Positions 1-9,301 of a stretch of 64,000 nucleotides of DNA are shown here, in pieces (the first letter of the stretch is position 1; each line of letters starts with the position of its first letter). Where the stretch lies: the sequence record PP496436.1, one strand, 5' to 3'. The notes below the pieces were generated by a model. The model did no database searches, was not told the DNA's origin, and was given only the letters and a program-made list of their open reading frames with translations. The position numbers were made by a program, and so were the translations under genes.

Positions 1-381
1 AACGCTGCGCTGCTATTCAAGCCGCCGGTCAAACATCCGTACCCTATCTCGGAGTATTCAGCCGAGGATTGGTGGGTAAAAGAGATTGAGGGGATTGCGT
101 CTTCACTGGTGCCGCTTACTTCAGATCAATACCGCGCCATCCACATTGCCCGTAACTTCGCCCGTCTGGTGTTCGACACAATCGAGGCACCGAGCGAAGA
201 CGATGTGGTGTATCAGTACCGTTCGCGATGGAAAGCGGAAGACTCTTGGAGCGAATGGCATACCACGACGAAGGCTAGCTTCGACACTATTAAGGTCACG
301 TGGGGTCACATGACTGACCGTTACGAGTTCCGTCTTTTGCGAGTTATCCCGGAGGTGTCAGATGTACCGCAGCGCAGTTAA
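1..381 (+). CDS. Hypothetical protein, 5'-truncated by window edge
   Basis: Frame is open from base 1 (NAALLFKPPVKHP...) in frame with the 109..381 ORF. Confidence 0.7.
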   Translation, partial: NAALLFKPPVKHPYPISEYSAEDWWVKEIEGIASSLVPLTSDQYRAIHIARNFARLVFDTIEAPSEDDVVYQYRSRWKAEDSWSEWHTTTKASFDTIKVTWGHMTDRYEFRLLRVIPEVSDVPQRS

Positions 382-532
382 GTATAAAGACCACGGGTAT
401 CTTGCGCCGGGTAGCCGTGCGTTCGAACTCTACCACGACAAGTCCGACAAAGGTCACAAGTTGCTGGATCAGCACATGGCCGAGGTGGATGCCGCGTGGC
501 GCAAACTGGAGGGGCGCAAGAATGGAAAGTAA
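362..532 (+). CDS. Small hypothetical protein (56 aa), absent from the ORF track
   Basis: GGAGGT SD at ~352-357, ATG 362, MYRSAVKYKDHGYLAPGSRAFELYHDK...RKNGK*; fills the gap and overlaps both neighbours. Confidence 0.65.
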   Translation: MYRSAVKYKDHGYLAPGSRAFELYHDKSDKGHKLLDQHMAEVDAAWRKLEGRKNGK

Positions 533-974
533 ATGGGTACGGGTCAAGTCCAGCCTGCTCACTTCATTGATGGTCATTCTGATTATCTCCGGGTACTACA
601 TGTTCACGGTCGGCCAGCACCGAAGCGAAAAGGTAATGCGTTACGCCTCAATGGTGGACACCAGCGCAGACTCCAGTCGTCACAAGTCCAACTACTCGTA
701 CAACACGTCTGGTTACTTCCGCGACGAAGAGACCAACGCGTTCTTTCGCGACGACATCTCGGACAGGCTGTACCGGCAGTTCGAAGCTGGAGGCAACAAG
801 CCTATCCGCATGAGCTGGCCTTACAGCATCGACAAGCGCGAGCAGACCAGTTCAGGTGTCTTCTACATGATGGGTGGCGTGATGTCAGAGGTAATTGCGC
901 TCATTATCCTCATCCATCTGACCATAGTGGCGTGGGCACGACACATGCGGGAGCGCAAATCTGATGTGGATTGA
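522..974 (+). CDS. Membrane protein with two TM segments
   Basis: GGAGGG SD before ATG 522 (MESKWVRV); hydrophobic segments SLLTSLMVILIISGYYMF and VIALIILIHLTIVAW. Confidence 0.7.
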   Translation: MESKWVRVKSSLLTSLMVILIISGYYMFTVGQHRSEKVMRYASMVDTSADSSRHKSNYSYNTSGYFRDEETNAFFRDDISDRLYRQFEAGGNKPIRMSWPYSIDKREQTSSGVFYMMGGVMSEVIALIILIHLTIVAWARHMRERKSDVD

Positions 975-1347
975 TTACGTCTGGGGTTACAAGCTGTTTG
1001 GTGGCCTGTACGAAACAGTGCGGGTCAAGTTCCAAAGCGAAGAGATGGACAAACTGGATAACGTCTTCCTCAGTGAAACGGATGCCCGTAAAGCAGTCGA
1101 GACGTTGAACTACAAACGCATTCAAGGTGCCGTTACCTACTTGCACGCTCTCAACAAACTCGACACCGAATCGGTGCAGGGTGAGCAGGCTGTGTACAAC
1201 GTTACTGCAGGGTATGGCGAACCCGACGCGTGTATAGACGGTTACGAAGATAGGTTGCTGCTCAGAACCAAGACGGCATGCCTGATTCGCTTTGACCGCC
1301 GCATCACTCAGAACCCACGCAACATCTCATTTCCGGCGATCCTATGA
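964..1347 (+). CDS. Hypothetical protein
   Basis: 127-aa ORF coupled to neighbours by overlaps. Confidence 0.7.
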   Translation: MWIDYVWGYKLFGGLYETVRVKFQSEEMDKLDNVFLSETDARKAVETLNYKRIQGAVTYLHALNKLDTESVQGEQAVYNVTAGYGEPDACIDGYEDRLLLRTKTACLIRFDRRITQNPRNISFPAIL

Positions 1348-1895
1348 ACATCAAAGAATTCAAGCGACCGGCTGACCACATCTGGCGTGGTCATCCCATC
1401 ACCAAAGAGCAATTCAGGATCATTATCGACATAGCTCTTTCCAGAAACAGTCTGGAGAGTTACGATAGCCTACGCGGGGACGTAGACTCCGAAGAGAAGT
1501 TCAATGCTGCGGTGGAAGAGGCGTTGGAAGCCAATGGGTGTCCGGTCCCTGAAGGTCAGGGTGAGTGGACTCTGGAAATTCCACCAGAGGTACTGGAAGC
1601 TCACGCCAACGCAGACTGTCAGGACCGTCGTTGGTTATCCGATCAGCACAAGGAGAACGGTAACTACGGCAGTATCTGTTACGTTTGTAAAACAGAATTC
1701 GTCGGCAGTAAGAACCGAAATGCGTGTAAGCTCTGCCACGATATGCTTCGTGAGATGAAGCAGCGTCGGGACTTCGAGTTCCATGCCAAGGAGAACTTGG
1801 GTCTTAGCATTCACCGCCTTGCCACTGGCGACTATCAATCATTCGGTGCCCAGATGGCGTGGGACACATGGCAATATCTGAGGGCTCAGCAATGA
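1344..1895 (+). CDS. Hypothetical protein with CxxC...CxxC zinc-ribbon-like motif
   Basis: ATGA overlap with upstream stop; SICYVCKTEF...NACKLC. Confidence 0.75.
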   Translation: MNIKEFKRPADHIWRGHPITKEQFRIIIDIALSRNSLESYDSLRGDVDSEEKFNAAVEEALEANGCPVPEGQGEWTLEIPPEVLEAHANADCQDRRWLSDQHKENGNYGSICYVCKTEFVGSKNRNACKLCHDMLREMKQRRDFEFHAKENLGLSIHRLATGDYQSFGAQMAWDTWQYLRAQQ

Positions 1896-2296
1896 CCGAC
1901 AACAAAGATCCAGTAGTTGAAGACCGTGACTATCAACAACCTGTCAACGTCGGCACTGTAGGTCACGTTGATAACCGGAACAGAGTAGGTATCCTCGGTG
2001 GTGGATCGTATCGCCGCAGTCTAGGGCTGGCCGTACTGGCGATTGCAGCTGCCTCTGCTGGTGCGTTCTCAACTTCACTTCCGCCTATGGTAGAACGTGA
2101 GGTAGGGCCTTCCCGCCGACGTAAACCGGAACGCATGGTACCTCGGGTGCTGCCCAAACAGTGGTACACGGACGAAGGTGGCCACCAAAAGAGGACCCCC
2201 GTGACCGAGGACGATCATGCGGCCGTCTCAGCCGCCGAAGCCAAGCGCCAACGGAAAGCTAAGAAGCTTGCCGCTGCCCAATCTAAGGAGTCTTGA
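1892..2296 (+). CDS. Hypothetical protein with an EF-Tu-like VNVGTVGHVD stretch and a hydrophobic segment
   Basis: ATGA overlap at 1892; hydrophobic SLGLAVLAIAAASAGAF; basic C-terminus. Confidence 0.7.
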   Translation: MTDNKDPVVEDRDYQQPVNVGTVGHVDNRNRVGILGGGSYRRSLGLAVLAIAAASAGAFSTSLPPMVEREVGPSRRRKPERMVPRVLPKQWYTDEGGHQKRTPVTEDDHAAVSAAEAKRQRKAKKLAAAQSKES

Positions 2297-2298
2297 TC

Positions 2299-2727
2299 AT
2301 GGCACCGCAAAAGAAAACCAAGCCTGCACCCAAGAAGGTAGTTCCCGGTCGAGACGATGGCAAGTTCGTCGCCCGGCTAGGCGCCCTCCGTGATCTGGTT
2401 GCCGCACGGGCCAAGGAACAAGGCGTCAGCATGAACACGTGGCTGGTTAGTGCGGCTGCGCAGGTCCTTGGCGTGGAAAAGGATGAAGACGGTAATCAGT
2501 TGCTCCTCCCTCATCTTGGGCAGAGCCAGCCTCCGTTAGTACCGGGCATGATGGTGCGCAACAAGAAGGCACCGTATCAGGTGTTCCAGATCAACACGTT
2601 CTCCATCAGCCGCTCCGTTGAATCAGCGAAGCAGGTGGATCAGCGACCGTTCATCAAGGTGTATGGTATCGATCTTAAAACCGGTAAGGGTGTCTCGGCA
2701 TCGTTGAACGACGTGCAGGGGGTGTGA
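2299..2727 (+). CDS. Arc/HicB-like ribbon-helix-helix DNA-binding protein
   Basis: AAGGAG SD; GKFVARLGALRDLVAARAKEQGVSMNTWLVSAA fits the RHH pattern. Confidence 0.6.
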   Translation: MAPQKKTKPAPKKVVPGRDDGKFVARLGALRDLVAARAKEQGVSMNTWLVSAAAQVLGVEKDEDGNQLLLPHLGQSQPPLVPGMMVRNKKAPYQVFQINTFSISRSVESAKQVDQRPFIKVYGIDLKTGKGVSASLNDVQGV

Positions 2728-2728
2728 C

Positions 2729-3001
2729 ATGGGTACTCGGGCAGACGCATATCGCCAGCTCAATAAAGATATGACCAATACGTTGAACCGTCGCCAGCGT
2801 CTTGACCGAACAGTGGACATCCTGTTGCGAGCTCTCGGGGTGGACGATGATGCCGCCGACAAGATGTTGGACGAAGTACAGGCGTGTGACTTCCGTTCGC
2901 TGGGTAAATTCCTGCGAGAGAAGTTCCCGGACAGCCCGGATATCGAGTGGTGTCTGAAGACGCATCAAGGTTACGACACCATTCAAGTTGAGAAGTCCTA
3001 A
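2729..3001 (+). CDS. Hypothetical protein
   Basis: 90-aa ORF directly after the upstream stop, with a GGGG SD-like run. Confidence 0.7.
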   Translation: MGTRADAYRQLNKDMTNTLNRRQRLDRTVDILLRALGVDDDAADKMLDEVQACDFRSLGKFLREKFPDSPDIEWCLKTHQGYDTIQVEKS

Positions 3002-3039
3002 TTACTGACTGATGATTCAACTCACTCAGGAAGACAGTT

Positions 3040-3720
3040 ATGACCATTTTACTCTCGAAGTATGTTGTCACCACGCCGATGACCGCCAAGGTAGTTAAGG
3101 GCAAGAACATTGCCCTTACGGTCAAGGGTGACGAGGCATGCGCCCGTTGCGCGGAGTTCATCTCGGTCAACGCTGACGATGAACTCGATCTGTTCGCACC
3201 CACCCATGGCGCAGCCACCGAGTCAGTACACAGAACACGTACCGAACTGATGGAAGCAGAGTACTGGTCGTTGGATTCTGCTGCTCACCACTGGCTGCGT
3301 CTGGCGATGACCGTCAAGTGCGTCAACCAAGGCGGCCGTGTCGTTATCGGCCAGTGCCACGTGGAAGACAGCAACAACCCGCTGATCAAGATCTTTTGGG
3401 ACAAGGAGTCCATCAAGATTGGTTTCCGTGAAAAAGAAACCGAAGAGCCGGTTACTACCACGGTATGTCGCGGTGTAGACCTAGGACAGCGTTTCACCTT
3501 GGCGCTGCACATCACCAAGGCGGGTAGCGTTTCCCTGACCGTATCCGTGGACGGCAAGAAGTACAACTTCACGGAGAAGATGGATCCAACGTGGAAAGAC
3601 TTCGAGTTCAACTTCCATGCCGGCCTGTACAACCAGCTGGACTACTCGGACAAGATCCCTACCACTGACTGCTCCCGTGCGACCATCCACATGCTGGACG
3701 TAGACCACGACGCAGCCTAA
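3040..3720 (+). CDS. Polysaccharide lyase family 7 (alginate lyase)
   Basis: Three PL7 motifs in order: RTELME (R-S/T-ELRE), IGQCH (QIH/QVH) and FHAGLYNQ (YFKAGxYxQ); no signal peptide. Confidence 0.85.
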   Translation: MTILLSKYVVTTPMTAKVVKGKNIALTVKGDEACARCAEFISVNADDELDLFAPTHGAATESVHRTRTELMEAEYWSLDSAAHHWLRLAMTVKCVNQGGRVVIGQCHVEDSNNPLIKIFWDKESIKIGFREKETEEPVTTTVCRGVDLGQRFTLALHITKAGSVSLTVSVDGKKYNFTEKMDPTWKDFEFNFHAGLYNQLDYSDKIPTTDCSRATIHMLDVDHDAA

Positions 3721-3818
3721 GCCCCACCAGCCGCCGCAGGCTGAATGATCCACTAGTGACATGGGCCATCGGTCCGGTTATCCACTAGCGTTCAGCCTGC
3801 GAGCGTATACGCGCCCAC

Positions 3819-3865
3819 AAAAAAGCCCCACCATCCGGTCAAGTGCCGAGTGAGTGGGGCTTTTT
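3819..3865. terminator. Bidirectional intrinsic terminator between convergent genes
   Basis: AAAAAAGCCCCAC...GTGGGGCTTTTT with A/T tracts on both sides. Confidence 0.85.
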
Positions 3866-3869
3866 CGTC

Positions 3870-6716
3870 TTACATGGTTACCAGAGTTACGAAACGGTTG
3901 GACATTGCGCGAGCTGTCAACAGAGTTGCCAACAGTCCGGTGTCTGCCCGATACTTCAACACCACCTTGTACACTTTGCCCGGTGTCAGACCAGTCGCCA
4001 CGTATTCCCAAGAGCAAGTAGCAGCAGTCGCCGAGTAGCAGCTTCTGTCGTCACTGGCCGCGATCACAACCGTAGCACCTTCGGTCATTGTAAAACTGAC
4101 CCGAGTACCTGCTGCACACTGAGCCCCGAAGGTGACCCTGATAATCCCGGACAGCCCACACGTTATCTGCGCAGTCGGTCCTACCGTGGTCAGATCCACG
4201 AAGCCCACACTGAGAGTATCCTCTGATGTGTTGAGCACAGCGTTGACCAGCGAGGTACTGTTCGGCGGAATGGCGTAGGTTCCATCTGCCTTGAGGAACT
4301 TGCCGGTGTCAGCAATCTTCGGAGCCGGAACCAGACCATGCTTGCCGTCGGCAGTTGCAGTAGATCCCACCATGTCGGCCAGTCCGGCCAGTACGTTCGC
4401 CATGAAGGTGGAACTGTCCTTGACCGACATCAGGCTACGTCCGTAGTCCGTGGTCAGGAATGCCTTCACCGAACTCGCCAGTGCATCCCCCATGAGCACA
4501 GCGTTCTCAGGAAGGGCCAACGCTGAGATGTTGCTAAGGACGGTAGCCTTGGCTTGATACCCCGACAAATCTGGGGGCGCTACGACGGGTTGCCCACCTT
4601 CCAGCTCCACCGTGGTTACCTTGATGGCGTTGTCCGGCAGTGTAGGTTCCGTTACCAGCCCATTGGTTTCCGTACCTTTGCGCAGCTTGAACGTACCAGT
4701 CGTGTCCGCGTAGATCAAATCAATCCGTTGCTGACTGGTACCTGCTGCGGCAATCGTGAACGTCACCGAGGTACCGTTGATGGTGTAGGTATTTCCTTTT
4801 ATCCGCCACTGGATCTGAGTGCCACTGCGCAGCGTCAGGGTCACGTTCAACCCCGTCTGTGTGACTTCCAGCGGAGTCAGCAATCCATCTGCCAGCCCAG
4901 CTTTCAACGCCAATGCCTGCGTGATAGTATCCAGTGCCTGCTGAACCGTCTTGGAGATAGGCTTGTCCGTGTCCGGCGTGTTGTCTACCTTATCCAGTCC
5001 GATGTTTGTCCTCACCTGAACTTTCTGGGCGTCGGCCAAGGTCTGGGCGTTATACCGAACCAGCTCGGTGATTCCCAGATTGGTACGTACCTGTGCACGC
5101 TGCTCCGCAGTTAACACCTGATCGGCATCATACCGGAGGAAGTATCCGGTCAGCAGATCACGCAGCGACGGGCTGTCACCTAACCCCAGCATCTTCAGTC
5201 CGAAATCACTGTAAGGTATGTTGACGTTGCTGCCGTCCAGCTTGAAGCCTAAGAGCGTGGCGGGCGTGGTTCCCATCTTGGCGAGCGCATCCAGCACGTT
5301 ACTCTTGGCTTGGAACCCCGATAGGTCCGGGGGCGTAACCATCGGTTGTGCACCTTCCACAAAAACCGAGGTGATACGAATGGTGCTATCCGGCAAGGCA
5401 GGTTCAACCGCAGTGACGCTGGACTCCACGCCTTTGAGGACGTGCACAGTGCCGGTCGTATCCCCGTACAGAAGATCATATCTCTGCATGCCAACGGCCG
5501 ACGCATCCAAGACAAAAGATACCGAAGGCGTAGGAGACGTATAGGTAACCCCGTCGATCCGCCATTGCAGGTTGCCGCCATTGTCACTCGCCAATCCAAT
5601 CAGCAGGCCATTGCTGCTGGTCGAGATTGGAGTCAGTAATCCATCCTGAAGGTCTGCCTTCCCGTCCAGCAAGGCGAGGATGTTGGACAACTGATGCAGG
5701 ACCGAGGTGGGGATCGGCTTGTCGATGTCCGCTGTGTTATCTACCTTGTCCAGATGCAAGTCAGCTAGGGTTACAGCACCTGTAAGTCCATTGATCGATG
5801 CGACGACCAGACTGTCCTTGAGCCGGTCCCAGCTTTCCCCGTTGGAGATAATCCAATCCCCAATCTGCCAGTCCTTGTTGCCGTCGATACTGGTAGATCC
5901 CGCTACCTTGACGATGTAATACAGACCCTTGTTCGCTGTGCTAGCCGCAGGCATGGCTGGCAAGTTCTTATCCGCATCCCACGTCCCCGCGTACCGCAGG
6001 CTACCGAGAATGGATTCCGGAAGATAGGATAGGTCGATCTTACGATTGCTATCCAGTGGCACCAGCCCACCTGACTGACCCAGCAGAAGAGCGTCCAACT
6101 TGGCGTCCAAAGCCATCTGTTGCGGTAGGGATACAGGCTTCTGAGAATCGGGGATATTGCTTACATGTTCCAGACCTACAGCAGCAGGGGTCAGCACGTC
6201 TAGCAACCGGTCACCCCGGATATACTGACGGAAGGTACCCAACGGAATCAGGGAGCTGATATCTGGTGCCGTCACCTTACCCAAGTCCGCGAGGGTTCCG
6301 TCGGTGTACATCACCATCAGGTTACCCGCAGCATTGATCATCGATGTGGAGATACCCCGTCCGGCAGACCCTTTGACCGTGCCCGCATATTCCTGATCCC
6401 CGTTGGCATAGGTGATCAACAAGCGACCGTCAGAAGTCACCTGAGTTTTCTGTACCACCTTACCCGTGGTATCACTACCGGCATCCGAGGTGAGTTGATC
6501 CTGTGCTGTCAGGAAGGCCTCGTAGCTGGTCATCAAAGACGGACGTGAGCAGATCAACAGATTACGGTTGACCAACTTGGCGAGTTCTTTCCAGTTCTTG
6601 TCAACAACTGCTAAAGACACGTAGTACCACTCGTCTACGCGCATGCGTTTTCCATTGACCTGTACGTCTTGCTTCACATTCGGAAATTTCCGGAAGCCTA
6701 CTAATACGTTATCCAT
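3870..6716 (-). CDS. Fibre-like virion protein with a duplicated ~150-aa module
   Basis: AGGTG SD before ATG 6716; LDKVDNTxDxDKPI and VRTNLG fibre-type motifs; two homologous modules 756 nt apart. Confidence 0.75.
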   Translation of the reverse strand: MDNVLVGFRKFPNVKQDVQVNGKRMRVDEWYYVSLAVVDKNWKELAKLVNRNLLICSRPSLMTSYEAFLTAQDQLTSDAGSDTTGKVVQKTQVTSDGRLLITYANGDQEYAGTVKGSAGRGISTSMINAAGNLMVMYTDGTLADLGKVTAPDISSLIPLGTFRQYIRGDRLLDVLTPAAVGLEHVSNIPDSQKPVSLPQQMALDAKLDALLLGQSGGLVPLDSNRKIDLSYLPESILGSLRYAGTWDADKNLPAMPAASTANKGLYYIVKVAGSTSIDGNKDWQIGDWIISNGESWDRLKDSLVVASINGLTGAVTLADLHLDKVDNTADIDKPIPTSVLHQLSNILALLDGKADLQDGLLTPISTSSNGLLIGLASDNGGNLQWRIDGVTYTSPTPSVSFVLDASAVGMQRYDLLYGDTTGTVHVLKGVESSVTAVEPALPDSTIRITSVFVEGAQPMVTPPDLSGFQAKSNVLDALAKMGTTPATLLGFKLDGSNVNIPYSDFGLKMLGLGDSPSLRDLLTGYFLRYDADQVLTAEQRAQVRTNLGITELVRYNAQTLADAQKVQVRTNIGLDKVDNTPDTDKPISKTVQQALDTITQALALKAGLADGLLTPLEVTQTGLNVTLTLRSGTQIQWRIKGNTYTINGTSVTFTIAAAGTSQQRIDLIYADTTGTFKLRKGTETNGLVTEPTLPDNAIKVTTVELEGGQPVVAPPDLSGYQAKATVLSNISALALPENAVLMGDALASSVKAFLTTDYGRSLMSVKDSSTFMANVLAGLADMVGSTATADGKHGLVPAPKIADTGKFLKADGTYAIPPNSTSLVNAVLNTSEDTLSVGFVDLTTVGPTAQITCGLSGIIRVTFGAQCAAGTRVSFTMTEGATVVIAASDDRSCYSATAATCSWEYVATGLTPGKVYKVVLKYRADTGLLATLLTARAMSNRFVTLVTM
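4548..5753 (-). repeat. Intragenic duplication (approx. 5753-5304 and 4997-4548)
   Basis: LDKVDNT..DKPI..DGLLTP..QWRI..QRxDLxYxDTTGT..EPxLPD..PPDLSGxQAK occurs twice at a 252-aa offset. Confidence 0.85.
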
Positions 6717-6744
6717 TATACGCACCTATAACCGGATTGAAGAT

Positions 6745-6776
6745 AAAAAACGGGGAACCAGTTTAAGGGTTCCCCG
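6745..6776 (-). terminator. Intrinsic terminator after the SGNH gene
   Basis: CGGGGAACC/GGTTCCCCG stem followed by T6 on the minus strand. Confidence 0.8.
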
Positions 6777-6793
6777 TGGGACTCAGATTAAGG

Positions 6794-9190
6794 TTAAATA
6801 TGCTTTCGTGGGGCGAACTGGCCGATACGAACCACCGAGTCTTGAGCAACGTTCTGCGCGAAGTAAACGGTAACACGAACAGTCACCGCAGTCTCCGTGC
6901 CGTCCCACGTGTAGCGCTGAGTCTCCAGCGATGTCAATGGAACAACGGCGGGCAGGGTGTACGGATCTACGTACTTGTCACCGTCTCGGAAGTAGAACAC
7001 GGTTGATGCGGAGTTGACAGGTTTGGTTACCAGTACCTCGGTAGTTACCCCGAGGATACCGGACGTAGTACCGTCTACCCGAATCGCACCCACCAGACTG
7101 AACACGTCACCCACGGCCATGTTGGCAAGTGAGAAGGTAGTCGTCGGGGAGAACGCCAGATACGCAGCGGCTACACTAGGCGTACCCCCGAACTGAATTA
7201 CCTGGTATTCACCGGGACCGTCAGTACGTACTTCTTTGCTCCAGGTGGTAGTCAACCCGGTGAACGCCGAGCCAGCAGCCTTGAAGCCGGTCGCAACCAC
7301 CGAACCTGCTGTGGGGTTGACCGAAGCCGTAGACATGTTCGAGGAACCGAGCAGCAACGGATTCGCGCCGAGAGATCCGGTCTTGTTAACCGCGCTGTAG
7401 AGGTCACCCGAGTCAACTGGCAGGTCAACTGGCAGGAACTCCAGTCTACGAACCAATGGCAGGTAGGGTTGAGCGAGCTTGAACGCACCTTGTACGTGTG
7501 GGTGCAAACCATCACGCAGGTCGGCTTCCACGATAGCGTCCCAGGTATTGACTACCGGAGTCCACTTCGACACCTCGTTGGTGATCCAGTTGTGCACTTC
7601 GATGTGGTCTGCGAGTGCTTGGCCGGTAAGTGCCTTGTCGCCGAAACGGGGAGTCTCGTTACCCACGATAACGATCTTGCCAGCACGTTGCAGGCGGCGG
7701 ATGATTGCCGTTATGTTACGTTTGGAATCACCTGCAGTCATCGCGGGTGCGGAAGCGGTACGGTCGTTGGTACTGCCGAGGAAGAACACGATATCGCCTA
7801 CCGCAGCAGCAACTGCCTCGACACGTGCCAACATCTCAGCAGTGTTCTGGCCGCCGATACCGAAGTTCAGCGTGTAAGGCAACCGGATCACGCCGGTGAG
7901 CATGGCTACCCAGTTGTAGATGCCATAGTTCTTGGTCGAGAACGCGGTGGATGATGCGGTTGCCGCGAGGCCTGTAACCGCGTGGTTCATCTCTGTACGG
8001 CTGTCACCAAAGAGGATAACTTCCCGGAGCAAAGGTCGGGACGGGAACACCAGCTTGTTCCAAGACCCGTTGGACCGAGTGAACTGACCTGGAAGTGATG
8101 CACTCACATCCGAGATCAGACCGGATAGATCTGTTTTACTTGCCAGCCCTGCCAGATCTGTTTTACTTGCCAGATTAGCGATTTCGGTCTTGGTCGCAGC
8201 TCCTGACACGCCCTGACTCAGCGTACTAAGCGAGGTGGACAACCCGTTGATCGTGTTGATATCTTGAGTGCCGGTATGAGTACCCCGGTCACGCAGACTC
8301 GCATCGGTGTCGTTCTTGGTGGCGCCGACAGCAACCCCCGTGAGCTTGTCCTTGTCTGCGGTTACGTAAGCATTGGTATCAGGGTTGCTTTCGTACAGCG
8401 TCTTGACCTGGGAAGCTGTCACCGGGGTGGCGCTGCTGGAACTCAAGACCCATTTGTTGTCCGACGCGTCCCATACGTATCGGGCTACATCTGCACCTGC
8501 AACGTCCACGTCAGCATAGTTACCAGCGACCGGCAGCGATACGCCTGCGGTGAGTGCGGACAGCGACGTGAACGTACCTCGGAACATCGGACCTTCGACA
8601 CCCGCAAGCTTGGTCTTTTCCGCTGGGGTGAAGTTGGACTGGGACAGTGCATAGCCCGTCTGCTTTTCTACCTTGGTGTCCAACAAGTTCTGCAGGACGG
8701 CCCGAACGTAGGCATCGTCATAGTTGAACAGTTCGGCAAGCTTATTCTTCTGAGCCGCGTCGAAATCGTTGGTGGATAGCATCTTGCCGGGGACTACGGC
8801 AACCGCACCGAGGTCAGCAGCCGTCTTCGGAATGTAGGGGGCATCAACCAGATCCCCGAACAACCCGGTGGTAGCCACCTTGGCGAGTCCGGGAATGTTA
8901 CCGCCGCCACCGGAACCATCACCTGCCGCGACTGCCGCCGCCGTACTGGTGCTGATCGAGGGGTCCATGACTCGACGGTGGAACTCTTGAGCGTTGGAGT
9001 ATGAGAGGATAGAGTCTTCGGAGCAAACCAACAAGCCCCGTGCTACCTGAGTCCTCAACATCTCAAAGCTTTGCAGTACGAATTTTTCCGAAGGGTAGAA
9101 GAAATTACCCTCCGTCAAAGTAGTACCTTCGATGGACAGTCCCTTCGGGGCGGAGGCCGTTCGTTTGAAACCAATAGATGATGCTGCCAT
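6794..9190 (-). CDS. Fibre/spike protein with an SGNH/GDSL esterase domain
   Basis: Blocks FGDSRT, NFGIGGQ, GSTND and DGLHP (Ser-Asp-His triad); N-terminal fibre repeats GKMLSTNDF, LSQSNFTPAEKTKLAG, GTHTGTQ. Confidence 0.85.
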   Translation of the reverse strand: MAASSIGFKRTASAPKGLSIEGTTLTEGNFFYPSEKFVLQSFEMLRTQVARGLLVCSEDSILSYSNAQEFHRRVMDPSISTSTAAAVAAGDGSGGGGNIPGLAKVATTGLFGDLVDAPYIPKTAADLGAVAVVPGKMLSTNDFDAAQKNKLAELFNYDDAYVRAVLQNLLDTKVEKQTGYALSQSNFTPAEKTKLAGVEGPMFRGTFTSLSALTAGVSLPVAGNYADVDVAGADVARYVWDASDNKWVLSSSSATPVTASQVKTLYESNPDTNAYVTADKDKLTGVAVGATKNDTDASLRDRGTHTGTQDINTINGLSTSLSTLSQGVSGAATKTEIANLASKTDLAGLASKTDLSGLISDVSASLPGQFTRSNGSWNKLVFPSRPLLREVILFGDSRTEMNHAVTGLAATASSTAFSTKNYGIYNWVAMLTGVIRLPYTLNFGIGGQNTAEMLARVEAVAAAVGDIVFFLGSTNDRTASAPAMTAGDSKRNITAIIRRLQRAGKIVIVGNETPRFGDKALTGQALADHIEVHNWITNEVSKWTPVVNTWDAIVEADLRDGLHPHVQGAFKLAQPYLPLVRRLEFLPVDLPVDSGDLYSAVNKTGSLGANPLLLGSSNMSTASVNPTAGSVVATGFKAAGSAFTGLTTTWSKEVRTDGPGEYQVIQFGGTPSVAAAYLAFSPTTTFSLANMAVGDVFSLVGAIRVDGTTSGILGVTTEVLVTKPVNSASTVFYFRDGDKYVDPYTLPAVVPLTSLETQRYTWDGTETAVTVRVTVYFAQNVAQDSVVRIGQFAPRKHI

Positions 9191-9301
9191 AATACTCTCC
9201 AGTTCGGTCCTGACTACGTTGTATGTCTATACCACCTTTGATTAGGTGGGACGGAATGCCCGAAAACAGATCTGGGAAATAACGTCCTGATTTAACCTGG
9301 T

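Noticed and set aside
3741-3748. CTGAATGA resembling a hammerhead ribozyme core
   Set aside because: It has an extra base relative to CUGANGA, and there is no matching GAAA or stem arrangement.
8128-8174. 20-nt direct repeat with a 27-nt period (AGATCTGTTTTACTTGCCAG)
   Set aside because: Only two copies, in frame within the SGNH fibre gene (ASKTDL repeat); not a CRISPR array or att site.
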